A stretch of DNA of 63,783 nt, the filler included, from Choristocarpus tenellus KU-1152 (Eukaryota > Protista > Phaeophyceae): assembly GCA_964200185.2 (NCBI GenBank). It is 8 parts of 8 records of this genome, joined end to end, with 100 filler letters (N's around TTAATTAATTAA, not from the genome) between each part and the next. Parts side by side here need not be neighbours in the genome. Positions count along the whole stretch, not along the records: positions 20,674 to 43,464 come from CAXNAD020000276.1; positions 43,565 to 52,978 come from CAXNAD020003695.1; positions 53,079 to 59,220 come from CAXNAD020008843.1; 5 more parts are not named here. One strand, 5' to 3'. The position numbers were made by a program, and so were the translations under genes. Below are positions 41,533 to 54,017 of the stretch, in pieces. Every line of letters starts with the position of its first letter. Position 1 is the stretch's first letter. The notes under the pieces are model-generated. The model ran no database searches. It saw only the letters and a program-made list of their open reading frames with translations, and had not been told where the DNA came from.

Positions 41533-43464
41533 ATCACACCACCAGTCTGTGTCATTCTCAAACTGTCTCTTTATCTCAATGTTTGTCTCTTATTGTGTGT
41601 CCTCCAGCACCTCACCTACCCCGATGTCATCAATGAACGACTATGGTCTTTCCTGGCTAACCCACGTCATCTGGTTCGTCAAGCTGCCTATAGGATGGTC
41701 TCATGTTGTTGCCGCTTGGCACCACGCCTACTAGACCTGGAACTCCCCCGTGATACGAAGGTGTTCAACACAGAAGGGAAGGTCCAAGGTGGTAAGGAGG
41801 AGGCTAAGGCTAAGGAAGAGGGATCTGACAAAAATGAAGTCTGTTGTGTTGATAAAAGGGATGGTGGTGTTGGAGGAAGAGGGGTAGGCATGTCTTCGTC
41901 TCTTGTTGATAAACCTCACCTTTTGGTGAGGCTCATATCGGAGACAGAGCCAAAGAATCACCGGGAGGCATGGGAGGCGGTTTTGCTGATTGTGAGGGAG
42001 TTCAAGGGGATGTGGGAGGCGGAGGAAGCGTCCAAGGTACTATGGATACGTTTTTTTTTTGTGAGGTTTTGCTCTTGTTTGATTTGATCGAATTGCATGT
42101 TTTGTTGTGTATTTTTTATTTATTTAAGTAATACACCTATATACTTGAATTTAAGTAATAAACCTATATAAATGAATTTGAGTGATACACCTATATACAT
42201 GTATTTTAGTAATAAACCTATATACATGTATTTAAGATATCATTCCTTCTTTTGTCCAAGTTTTGAAGGTTGTGTTGGTGTTGGGTGCTGGGTGCTGGGT
42301 GCTGCTATTAACGTGGTAGATATGCATGTTTATGGTATGAGATATATCGTCAAGTGTTTGATCCTCCAATGATTTGCCCTACATAGGTATGCCTTAAACT
42401 GAATAATTTGACCTGATCATCAAAAACATATAACATACAACATGCAGCATACAACATGAATTTTCCCTCCCTCTCTCCCTTTTTTTTGATTTTATGGTAC
42501 AGAAGCAGTGAAACAATTGACAGTATGTGTGTGTTTTTTGTACGAGAACTATTAATACAAGGGTTAGGGATATGCACTAGTGCACTGACAGCACCTTGAT
42601 TGGAGTAAAGCAGTTTTCACTTAGTGGGTGCTTTTTCTTGACCTCCCTCAATAAATTGTACTAGTAGTACTAGTAGTTGTGTATTAGTGATTATAATAGT
42701 ATAGAAATAGTATCTGTAATGATAACAAAAATAGTAACAGTGATACTACTAACATTAGTAATAACATTAGTACTGGAGATACTTTTTAATCAAGTTTATG
42801 TACCTGGGCCCTTTCCAGGTGGTGCTTCCAAAGGTTCTGTCCCTCCTGCGAAGGGGTGCCTTCAATCGGTCGAGTAAAGTGTCATACCCCTCTTTCCTTC
42901 CCTTCATTGCAGCATTGCCATATACCACCCTCCTTCTGCCAGTGCCCACAAAGGGCCGGACTGGGAAGGGAATGACTGGAACTGCTGGTGGTAGTGGTAC
43001 TGATGTCACTGGCAGTGTGGTGGGTAATAGCTCTAAAGGTGTAGCAGTAGCACCTTCAACTAGACCGCCTCCTTTTTGTGAAACCTTTTTGGAGACGTTG
43101 TGGTCTGCAATGCACAATGGTCCGGATGGCGTGGGATGGGAGGTTGAGGCAGATGTGGTTTCATCCTATGTGGAATGTTCTGTATATTTTCTGTTGATGT
43201 TGGGGGGAAAGGAGAAAAACAGTGATAGTCATAATGGGACAGGAGTGTCAGCAATGACAGGAGCTGAGGGAGTGGAGGTGGGGTCGAAGGCAGCCCGTGA
43301 TCACCTTGTGCAGGCGTTGAGGTTTTCCATTCAGCGGGCGGGAGGACATGAGAGGGATGATGGAAAGGGATCTGGGGTGATGGTGTTTGGACGAGCCCTG
43401 ACTCAGTTGCATTTGGGGGGGTGCAGGGGTGCTGGTGTGTTGGGAGGTGAAGGGGGAGTGGAGG
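28164..43464 (+). CDS. LTN1: E3 ubiquitin-protein ligase listerin, N-terminal part; exons 28164-28353, 28911-29029, 32684-32873, 34718-34840, 35786-35864, 38128-38210, 40480-40674, 41608-42036, 42819->43464 (start exon unresolved, 3' truncated by gap)
   Basis: Conserved listerin N-terminal motifs SGFIGFSAF, KRLSKQDSTTKLKAL, WIFIYHRLSTEGDRR|TRE, GPWWCAQAD..E|VATAAKDAFESVFP, VRQAAY, YPSFLPFI; all junctions GT-AG and in phase. Confidence 0.9.
30385..31163. mobile_element. Intronic TIR element (779 bp) with 3-bp flanking duplication, Harbinger-like MITE
   Basis: AGACCTTTCACTGGGTTGG / CCAGCCCAGTGAAAGGCCT termini, flanks TTC/TTC, internal GGACATGGTCT/CTGGT repeats. Confidence 0.7.
33284..33375. 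repeat. Intronic minisatellite, 18-bp unit x5
   Basis: (TTTTCTCCTCCCTTGTTC)n. Confidence 0.95.
35104..35376. mobile_element. MITE family C (complete, 273 bp) in LTN1 intron
   Basis: GACCAATAGTATCTTAGAGGG...CCCTCTAGGATACTATTGGTC; flanks GTT/ATT. Confidence 0.9.
35970..36220. repeat. Intronic minisatellite, 33-bp unit, about 7.5 copies
   Basis: (TAATACTGATAATACTATTGATACTACTGGTAA)n. Confidence 0.95.
37575..37900. repeat. Intronic minisatellite, 13-bp unit, about 25 copies
   Basis: (TGTATGAATAATG)n variants. Confidence 0.95.
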
Positions 43465-45875
43465 NNNNNNNNNNNNNNNNNNNNNNNNNNNNNNNNNNNN
43501 NNNNNNNNTTAATTAATTAANNNNNNNNNNNNNNNNNNNNNNNNNNNNNNNNNNNNNNNNNNNNCTCATAGTCCCGCTCCATCCTCACTTTTGCGAATCC
43601 CCTGTTATTTGTACCGCTTCATAAAACACCCTTCCCCAGGAAGTGTAGAGAAGGAAGCACCAGACTGTTGCCCCTCTTTGCATGGTGGTGTTGGAGTGAA
43701 CATTGGATGGGTCAATTCTCTATCTTGATCTTGCATAATACAACATAATATCTGTTTTTTACTCTAGTTTGACCACAGGTCTATCTATACCTCTACTTGC
43801 AATGCTAATATACATCACAATAATTTTCCTTTGGTGGAACATCACGGATCACCTCTCTCGTCTCCTCCTGTGCCGGTGCAGAACAACAAATCGAAGTATA
43901 CAACAATTGTAGAGGGCTTTGAAGCTTTGCCCTGCAACTAGGTGTGGAATATTCGTAGCATATGGTGAATGCTGCTCGTGATAGATGGCGAACGCTTGTG
44001 ATACAGCTCTGCTATTTGTGGTGTGCACACATTGATGCAACCGTTTAGACACTGACATCCCTCCCCCAGTACAAACTGGAATAGGACCGTCAAAAATGGT
44101 TGGCGAGTACTCCAGGGTACCTGAAGGATATTCTAGTCTTACAGAAGGTATGCCTCAGATTAATTGTTTTCACAATAGCAGCTTGAATTACCGAGTAGCT
44201 CTAAACGTAAGGATTGGAGATTAACACGTTCAGATGGATGCTCAAAATCCGTATCTCGCTGTATACTTGTTCCTCAGTGCAGGTAGTAATTGCATGCAGA
44301 GGTGGAGAGGATTTCAACACCTGAGAATGGATGGTCAAGCGGATAGAATTCCCCTGTTGGTTCGCACACCCCAAGTTATTCTGCCTAGACAGAAGTAAGC
44401 TTCACCCCACTTTGCGGCGTGCATACAGTAAGTTCATGGAGTGCTGAAGTATCTCTCTTTCTATACTCTTGCTGCAGTTCTTGAAGGAAGACATAACTTG
44501 ACCTATGCACACTTCATGCCCAAACACACACACCTAACTACATCTACTCATATCCGCACTTTCTCATTCACTATTGTGCTATTGATTCATATCTAGTGGT
44601 ACCAAAGTCAAACAACTACTGAAGTATGTGCTGCTGCCTTGGCCTGTGAATACTCTACATGTGGTGATCTAACTTTTCGTTGGAAACCCTACGATAACGT
44701 ATGGCGTTCCATGCACAAATAATTTGACCAAGCGAGAAGCCGTGCAGATGTGTATAATCTTGCTGCCTAGGTGGCGAACGAACTCAAGTGTCCAAAACTG
44801 CTGGAAAAACAACGCTGACTACAACTCTACAATACATCTTTATTTTATTAATCATCAACTATTGCAGGGGTATTGCTCAGGTTTTGGGGGTCTTTGGCTT
44901 ACAAAACATTATTCCCTGGCACCTCGCGATGTCAGCCAGGATGAGCCATGTGATACTGAAGCTAACCTACCAGGCCTGCGTAACATCTGACCTAAACGCT
45001 TAGAACTATTGCCACGACATAAATCAAGTGCGCCCTAAAGTTGCAGCAAAGTATCAATTGTGTGAGTGGAGAGAACAATTAACTTCGGCACTCTTATTTT
45101 GCCGTTTGAACCCAATACCCTCCATATGATCTAAAGATATATACCTACCGGCAGTTTAGAGACCCTACGCCAAACTCTGAATGCAAATATATGCCGTAGA
45201 CCCCAACACAAAGTGACCTATTGTTGAACCATGTAACTTCAAATGATCATTGTTATATTTCTACTACTTTCTAAGTGAGGGCTGCATCATGATTTTGAGA
45301 TACGCTAAGAGATATAAACCCAAACGTATTCATAATGTGCACACAATGTCCACAAGCCTGAAGATCGATGAGAATGATGTGGTGTGGACGAAAGCCCCAA
45401 TTCGTTCTCTTCCTCTCTGGCACATTTTTTGCCTCCATGCGTTGGCAAACGCTCTAGAAGTACATTTTGCGCGATTGATAGTGCTTTGCACAACTGTTAT
45501 CCTTGGATGAGCTATGTGTCCAGGGAATGCTGGTGATGTTCTCACACAATGAGTGTGAGAGGACTCATACTCTTTTCGGTAGTCTGCGTTGGACGTGCAC
45601 CATGCAACAGGGGCGGTAGTGTGTCGTGAGATTCTGGGTACTGTAGGAGAGTGGAGCAGGGTTACATCTAAGTATGTGTTGGAGGTAGGTAGGCTAAAAA
45701 TAATCTGACCACAAGGCTCAGTGCCAAAGAAGAGACACATGAGGAGCAGGAAAATTATTTTTGAATAATTTGTGTGTGCATGGCACTGCTTAATTCAATG
45801 TATCTATACTTAGTCTTAGATCCTCCTGATGCCACCTATGTGGGAACTGAAGACAAATTGTTATTATACAGGCTC

Positions 45876-46135
45876 GAGCCAAAGTATCGTAGAGGGTAGG
45901 GCCGCGTCCATTTGGGGGTCAAAATCCAATGTTGCGATTTTAATGTAATTTTGGCTATCGTGTTTGTTAGGAAGTATCAATATCCTTGTTGCAGACTCAC
46001 CTTTTCATAACGTATACATTTTACCTACTCCGAAAATACTTTGGAGTAGGAAAATGTCGTTAAATAAAACATTGGAAGGCAAGCCCCAAATGGACAAACA
46101 GGGTAAAACTCGTACCCTCTAAGATATTTGCACTC
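45876..46135. mobile_element. MITE family B (complete, 260 bp)
   Basis: GAGCCAAAGTATCGTAGAGGGTA...TACCCTCTAAGATATTTGCACTC; no clear TSD. Confidence 0.9.
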
Positions 46136-46267
46136 AGTTTCAAAGACGACCATAGTGCATGGAAATCAGGGAGACTATGGTTTCAAATGGACAAGACTAG
46201 TTCTCTGCATGGATCATAACCTAGGTCATTCTTCCATGACTGCAAGTATACCGAAATCACCATCACT

Positions 46268-46539
46268 GACCCATAGTATCTACGCTAGAGGAGGGGTAAG
46301 GCGTCCATTCGGATCCGGTCGAATCTGTAGGGATTTTAGTGTCATCTGAGTGAATGTGTCAGATGTAAGGGCAATTTCCTTCATCTCAACGCACTTTACT
46401 TTTCCACCCCCCTGCCTGAACCAGATCCGAGAGGGAAATACTCACGAAACGAGCATCAAACTAGGGTACCTTATAACACCCCATCAAATACCAAGTGGAC
46501 AACCTGGGCTAAACACGCCCCCCTAAGGTACTACGGCAC
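46268..46539. mobile_element. MITE family C (complete, 272 bp), opposite orientation
   Basis: GACCCATAGTATCT...AGGTACTACGGCAC; flanks ACT/ACT; reverse complement aligns to 23765 and 35104. Confidence 0.85.
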
Positions 46540-46544
46540 ACTGG

Positions 46545-47900
46545 TTGAACCTTGCTTACAACGTACTTGGAACCGATGTTTCTTTGGGGTACGATTATAG
46601 TCAGGAATTCCTCACAAAGATATCCTCTACACACAAGAGCAGGGACCTTTTCAACCCCCTTCATCCTGGTCCGTAGTAGAGGACACATAAGCTCAGTGTG
46701 CTCTACTGTTCTATCTCCCGCAGAATGCCGTGACCTGTATATCAACACAAAAAACATGCTAATACTCAAGGATTTAATCAATACTTTTGAAGAAGGAATA
46801 CTATGGTACACCGTAGAGCTTTGTCTTGCAGCAAGCTCTCCACAGCAACTGTGGTGGGAAACAATGGGGAGTGCACAGAATTCCGAGCATCCTTTATTTG
46901 CTTTTTTTCGCATGGTACTGGACAACGCGCAATGCACCACCAGTTGTGGGTTCAACACCATTCTGAAGAAGTAGGTGGATGTGCATGGGTGATAGGAAAA
47001 AAGGGATAAAGTAGTGTGAACTATTTCTAGTGCAATTTTGGTTTGAAGAAATTCTTCTGCAATTCAATATTGTTTGTGAAGAATTATTGTCCCAGACAAT
47101 TGTAAGGAGATATTACATTAGCAGTGTGGCACAACTGTGTTGTAAGGTTCAGTCGGTAAACAAACAACGAGATACACTCTCAAATGTCAAAGTGTAACCA
47201 TCTGGTACTTTGGAGACAAGTTTAATAAGTTTCCTAAGGCGTGAAGATGCTCAATGCACGAACAAGTTCTAGTCCCCTATCGTTCTGTGCATATGCTTCA
47301 GAGAGGTAACAAGGATATCAATATTTCATATGTTATCGTGGAGGTTTCTACCACCTATTGTCTGAGATTCATTGGGAGTGGTGTGCAAACGGATAATTTG
47401 CATAGGATTGGATTATTTTACTCTGGAGTGCATGTCTTCCCTTCCTCCACGACTCTTTTGAAGGCCTCGAGGACATGTAGGCGGAGCTTTGAGGTGGTTC
47501 AAACGTATTTACTCATTTGAAGGGGAGGTGCCTCCTAAGGGATAAGCACTGCCTGCAAGCAGGGTACTCTCCTGAGGCATAGCAGTGTGCGTAGCAAAAG
47601 GCAGAGAATGCAATAGACATAATCCTAAAGTTCATTCAACAAATGAGCAAAGTTGGTCTCTTCAATTGTCAACATATATATATATATGTATTGGGCGTAC
47701 CTCAGACCTGTCCATCTTGTCCTTGAATTCCCGCAGTTCACGCTCATAGCGCTCCCGGTCCAACTGTGCCCTCTGTGAGAATGAGGACTTTTCCTCCTTT
47801 GAGAGCCCTTTCCACATTCTCCCCAAACAAACTCCAACATCCTTCCAGTCAATACAGGTGATGCAATCGGAGATGGTGACAGGATAGAAATTGAGACTAA
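46545..47900 (-). mobile_element. Decayed CACTA/EnSpm-like transposase
   Basis: Minus-strand SKVPDGYTLTFESVSRCL (cf. KVPDGYSSNISRC) followed by LLM*YLLTIV (cf. LMQ.LLPIA); frames disrupted. Confidence 0.5.
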
Positions 47901-48232
47901 AGAAGTGATGTATGTGTTGAAAGATGGTGCAGGATATGACTGGAGTTTAGAGTTTGACTGGATTTGTATGTAACAATTCTATATAAAGCAAAATATGTGA
48001 TGCAGGATGACAGCAATGAGAGAGAACTAAAGCTGTGTTGGTTTTGTGAAGGCATTACTTGTTTAGTTAGACAAACTGTTTCAATTGTATAGGATGGTTT
48101 GAGTACCTAGAAGTTGGTATTACAAGACAAAGTAAGCAATGAACAATAGCATTGATTTGCTCTTTACAAACCATACTCGAAAATACATCAGAGAGAATAA
48201 GCAGCTGCAATAGCTACTTCAAAGTATATAGT

Positions 48233-48491
48233 GAGTCAAAGTAAACTACAGGTATCCAGGGTTGAATTTTTCAGGATGCCGACAAAGATTTCCAAATTCC
48301 AGCATTTTGAACTAATGCGTGTAGGGAATTATCTGATTTGTGTCGATTTTTTTTTAAGAAAAGAGAAATCAACGCTTCTCAGATCAATATTTGTACTTCA
48401 TACATAGAAATGCGGTGAATCGAAGAAGATAAAAATATGGGTTAAAATGCAAATCAGCCAAAACCTGGGTACCTCTTGTTTACTTCGGCTC
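48233..48491. mobile_element. MITE family D (complete, 259 bp)
   Basis: GAGTCAAAGTAAACTACAGGTATCCAGG...CCTGGGTACCTCTTGTTTACTTCGGCTC; flanks AGT/AGT; homologous to 62490-62749. Confidence 0.85.
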
Positions 48492-49449
48492 AGTACAAAA
48501 TAGTAAGTTAACTATTGAATTGCAATTTTGCAATTTTGCACTTTTTACTTCCTCACTACTACCCACTCTCCCTTTGACTACTCCTGTCCCTAGGTCAGCG
48601 ACCAAACTCGAAGCTGGGAACACACTCACCATGGTGGCAATTGTTGGGTTCTGTGCCTTGAAGGAGCTATAGTGATCATGATAGAAGATGAGGTAGGAGC
48701 TCTTGGGACCTTTGGGCCTTGATAATGTTTTGGTGGCATCGAGCAGAAGACAGTATTTACAGCAGGTAAGACAGAATGCATGCAGGAAAGTAAAAGTGGA
48801 GCAGGGTGGTTGATATCATGAAAAATACAGCAATCTCTACTTGGAATTTATAAATAACTCCTTGTGTCAAGCCGTGTGTCAAAGTAGCCGAGAGGGTACC
48901 TGTTTTGGACGTTTTGAGTCTTGTTTTTAGGTGTATGAAAGCATTTCAACAAGGGGACGGGTATTGGTAAGCTGCTTCTGCAAAGTGAACGTATCCACAA
49001 AACATTCGAAATGATCTCCACCGCTGTGGACTAAGTGCTAAAGAAACGTGTGCCATGAGAAAGTCAGAGTGCTTCTCATATACCACGTTCATTACGCTTC
49101 AGTCTGCTTATTCTTGACATCCCCTATTACCTGCAGTCAAAAACACAACCGCACTGTACAGATATTCCTAAGCCCAGCACGATCTTACCTCACCATGGGG
49201 AGTGTCGGACATTCTGCAACAGATCAAGCCTTGGGCAAGGAGTTTGTTACAATTCTGATGGCTGAGGTTATCTCATGCTGATTGCAAGGATGCATGAACA
49301 ATGCTCCAGGATGCAATGCTGCTACTGATAGGACAACTTTGAATATCTCAACTATGATATCACCCTGTCAAATAATCTGGAGTATATTATGAGCATCGTT
49401 ATAACCGACCCATTCTTGCTTTTATTTGTACAGCACTTTACCCTTTGAT

Positions 49450-49705
49450 GAGTCAAACCTAGTGAGGAGCAGGCAGGGTTGCATTTGAATGATTCCGAAA
49501 AAGGGGAAAAAAAAACATTTACACACCTACAGAAAGAGGCTTTGCTAGATCGTGGTGTTACTTTGTGTGTGGGAAGGGGGGAGTGAATTTCGCGTACAAT
49601 AATGCACATATAGGACAATATAACAGAATATGTTGCACAGGGTGGGGAAGTTTCATTTTAATGCACAAGGGTCCAAACCTGCCTACCTCCTAATTTATTT
49701 GGCTC
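49450..49705. mobile_element. MITE family E (complete, 256 bp)
   Basis: GAGTCAAACCTAGTGAGGAGCAGGCAGGGTTGCATTT...CCTGCCTACCTCCTAATTTATTTGGCTC; colinear with 58789-59045. Confidence 0.8.
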
Positions 49706-49846
49706 ACATTTTTAAAGTTAAATTTTGGAATAACTAATTTGATCTAGAGCACAGTTTCTGGACACTCACTGCCTGGTTGTCATTGTTGTATTGAACTATG
49801 TATTACTTTGTTCGTCTCCTGTTTGCCCCTCTCGCACACTACTTGT

Positions 49847-50099
49847 TAGTCAAAGTATCTTAGAGGGCAGAGCTGCATCCGTTTTGGGGCCAAATCCAAT
49901 GTTTCGATTTTGATGTAATTTTGGCTATGGTGTTTGTAAGTGTCAATATCCTTGTCCCGGGCACAACGTTTCATAACATATACATTTTACCTACTCTGAA
50001 ACATTTCGGAGTAGGAAAATGTTATGAAAAGCCCGTGGGAAGCCAAGCTCCAAACGGACAAACAGGGCAAAATTTGTACCCTCTAGGATATTTTCGCTC
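49847..50099. mobile_element. MITE family B (complete, 253 bp)
   Basis: TAGTCAAAGTATCTTAGAGGG...ACCCTCTAGGATATTTTCGCTC. Confidence 0.9.
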
Positions 50100-51722
50100 T
50101 TTTGAGCACCTGTCTGGTTTGTCCTTGACAAGCCTCTCCATAGCTACAATCTCAGCCCTCCTAGCTGCCTTCCTCAACTTGTCCTCCTGACGGACTCTTG
50201 CCTTTTCCTGTCTGCAAGTAAGTGGACGGATTTTATCCATCTCTTTTTTGGCCTTTTTTGGGGGGCGATTGGGGGACCTAGCAGAGAATACTCCAGGTGA
50301 TGCACCGCTCTGATTGTGGAGAGGCAAGAGACGAGTCTTGGCAATGAGTTATCGAAATGACTTGAGGGTACCCTCGTAGAGATCGTAAACAGAAGGTAGA
50401 AAGTCGCGATTCACTGTTGTGTTATTGAACAGCTAAATCGAGTGCGTGTATAGATTTCTACCTATGCATAGCTCTAGCAACTTTCTTCATTACTTGAGTT
50501 TGTGTATCAATCCTGTGTACATAAATATAGTTTAAAGGGTAGCATGTGACGGAAAGCAATCACAAAAAAGCTCCATGGGTGTGACTGAGGAACGATAGAA
50601 ACAAAGATAAATATATGTTGCATTTATGTAGGATACAAAACTGCTTCACTTAGGATCTCAACATAGGAATATTTCAAAAAATAAATATCGCATACGTCTC
50701 AGTACAGCATGACCAATAAATTTAACCTTAGTTGGAACACTGGAAACAATGCACCTGGCCCTGGCTGTGCAGGGCTAGAAGTGTGCTTTCTATTGCAGTC
50801 GTATGTGCTTTGTGGATTATATATTTTTTATGGCAGCAAAGGAGACTCAATTATTTTGCAAGTTTGTTATAATGGTTGAAAGTAGACATACCATACATTT
50901 CGATCAAGCTGGTCAAGGAAACACTGTGAGGAGACCGAACTAACTATATGTGAGTGTGAGCTGAAATCCATTACACACCCAACCAAGCAGCATATAGCAC
51001 TGACTCATCGATATCAAATATCTACACGAGCTCTTTCTGGTGTATGGTCTTCCATCATATTCAAAATAGCATAATAGAATTTGTCCAACCTGAAGCAGTG
51101 GCGTTTGGTCTATCGACCAGGTGTCTCTCAATAAGTCTAAGGGGCTAGACTCAATCTTCACAGGTGTCCCATAGGCAGGATCTCCCTGACATACAAAGCA
51201 CCCAATTAATGAAGTACACGGAAATGTAAGAGAAGGTACCAGGTGCGGATTCAAGAAAAGGGGAAGAATGGAGAAAGGGGAGAGAGGAAATGTATCATAT
51301 ATGGAAGGGATACATCAATGGTGGCAATGGACTGGAGTTAACCCTTGGACACAGAACCCAAGGAGTGGCATTAAGGTGTGCTCGAGGGGTCAAGGCACAT
51401 GTTCTGCAATTTATGTCCTGTTTCAAATGAGACAGTTAAACATCGCAATATGCAAGGCAACTGGAGGAGAAAGGTCACTGTTCAGAAGGTGGGGTAGACT
51501 GTATGACTGTTCGAAAGGAAAAAAGAGGGAAATCATCTGAGAGCTAGGCAGCGTTGCAATAAGGATCTCGAGAAAGGGAAAATTTATATGCTATTATGTA
51601 CAATTGCAGAAGAGGCTTTGCTGAATTGTCGGATGCAATACTGCTGAACATTGTGCATATAATGCACCAAGGCACTAAAGCCTTAGCAATATTTGATTTG
51701 AAGATCACGGTGTTACCTTTCA

Positions 51723-51897
51723 GACCCAAAGTATCTAGGCGGAGGGGGGGTCTACACCAGGGTGTCCATTTGGGTCAAAATCAAGAAAAGTGCATTTACA
51801 TTGTCTATCCGACGTATGCAACCAAATCACCCCAAAATTGCGACATGAAAAAATCGACCCCAAATGGACAACCGCCACCCCCCCCAGACTTTGAGCC
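51723..51897. mobile_element. MITE family A (complete, 175 bp)
   Basis: GACCCAAAGTATCT...AGACTTTGAGCC; flanks TTCA/TTCG. Confidence 0.9.
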
Positions 51898-52760
51898 TTC
51901 GAGCTTTGAAATAAAATGTGTTGCTCAAATCCTAAATGAACAGTGTGATTGTTCAGTCATCTGCTGAGCCTGTGTCAAGGGGTGGGCTGCGAACGTAACC
52001 CGATACATCTCACCTGCCACGTAGAGGAGCCAACATCCAGGCAGCGCTTGACACTGCTTGTCGGTTTATTGAGGTGAAGGATACCACCAGAATGAGTAGG
52101 CGTCTTGATCTGTTGTAGAGGAAGAGTATTAGCATGGTACGAGAGATCAGTGTATGTTAGTATGAGATAAGTTTTATCTCCATTCCCGCTGCTCAGAACT
52201 CCACTACATTTGCAGTCGATCCTCATCAACTGTTGAAATGTTTGCAAAGCTGAAAAAAAATCGCAGAATTGTGAAGTCTATTGATCAATTGTGAGTCCTA
52301 GCGCAGATTTGAACGAAGTACAGTATTATTGATATACTTATAACAGACCTTTAGTGCTTTGAATTGCTATGTACTATACTTCAGAATGAACGTTAGTACC
52401 CATCTCCACATCCCTCTGAGAGGCTAAGGCTCTAACGATATCGAATACATTATTCTATTATGCAAGTGATCCTTATTTTTTCAAGTCTCTATCCCACAAA
52501 CGCGTTATCCAGGAGTAGATAAAAGTATAGTCCTCTCTTCCACAAAATTTAGCAAGTATTGGTAATGTTACAGAAGGCACTCTAGACCACTTTGAACGCG
52601 AGATGTTGCAAGAACACTTTACTCTCCAAGCAAATATCCTGTAAGAGCGAGGAGATATGTTCTACCTCCCAATAGGTAATGAGTGGGGGTTGTTCTTTTG
52701 TGACCCTTCAAATACATCCTGTGTGTTTACTGAACTACAAAGAATGCCAAGAACTGCAAA

Positions 52761-52937
52761 GGGTCAAAGTACCTGAGGGTGTGTGGCGGCTGTCCACTTG
52801 GGGTCAATTTTTCATGTCGGGATTTCTGGGTGATTTGGTTGCATACGTCGGATGCATAATGTAGCTAAACTTTTCCTGATTTTGTCCCAAATGGACACCC
52901 TGGTGTAGAACCCCCCCCCCCCCCCCCCCCCCCCCCC
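52761..52937. mobile_element. MITE family A, opposite orientation, far terminus missing after poly-C
   Basis: GGGTCAAAGTACCTGAGGG..GTCCACTTGGGG ... AAATGGACACCCTGGTGTAGAAC(n). Confidence 0.85.
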
Positions 52938-54017
52938 GCACCAGCGACAGGAAGGCCACAGATACAAAAAAAAAAACANNNNNNNNNNNNNNNNNNNNNN
53001 NNNNNNNNNNNNNNNNNNNNNNTTAATTAATTAANNNNNNNNNNNNNNNNNNNNNNNNNNNNNNNNNNNNNNNNNNNNCACTCTTCCAATCTCTGGAGGG
53101 CTTCGTGACAGGCATCACGAATATGCGTTTTTTTTTTCTGATATCTACATCAAAAGTTATGACGGGACAACCCCAGAGGGTGAAGCTACCTGTACCACTA
53201 TAGTACATTTTCTTATCGCCCATAGTAGACAAAAAACCAAGTGAATTTCGTTTTGTGCAAACACTCTACTATATATTTTTTTGTGTTCCATAATAAAGTG
53301 TTCGTTAAGAGCCAAATCAATTGAAAGGCAGACAGGTTTGAACCCTTCTGCATTCCAAGTCATCTTTTTTACACTGCGCAATACACTCTGACTTGATTGC
53401 TTAATCTATAAAATATTGTACGCAAAATTGATATTCCCCCTTCCCACACACGAAATGACACCACAATTCAGCAACAGCTCTTCTTACTGTAATCTTACAA
53501 TATAATAGCTCTTTGCCTTTTCGTGATCCTTAAAATGCAACACTACCCACCTCTCGGTTTGACTTGGAGTCAGTGGCGAAGGCCGTAGCAAATAAATTTA
53601 GAGGGATTTGAACACCTTCGATGCTTGACTTCTATTCTCGGAAATCTGGTTTCGATTATGCGATTCAACAACACGGCAAGTTCAAGGGATTGGATTCTAC
53701 GCCTTGACTACTATCATCTGTGCGCTTGTATCACGAACACACCGGACAAAGATCAAGATAGAAACTTGTGGCAGGTCTAGCAGAAGATTCGATGGAGGAG
53801 GCGGAATAACGAGGAGTGAGAGCGGTGGTGAACCGAATGTATGAGAAGCAAGACAAGAACGAAGACAGCATAGATAGTTGTATTGCAACAATTGATCAGT
53901 TCAGTATGATAAGTAGTTTGTGTGTAGTACATCTGATCACAGATTGGGATTATTCTCCACTAATGTGATGCTAAAAAAAAAACAGTAACGCCAAACAGAA
54001 ATACGTTAATAATATTA

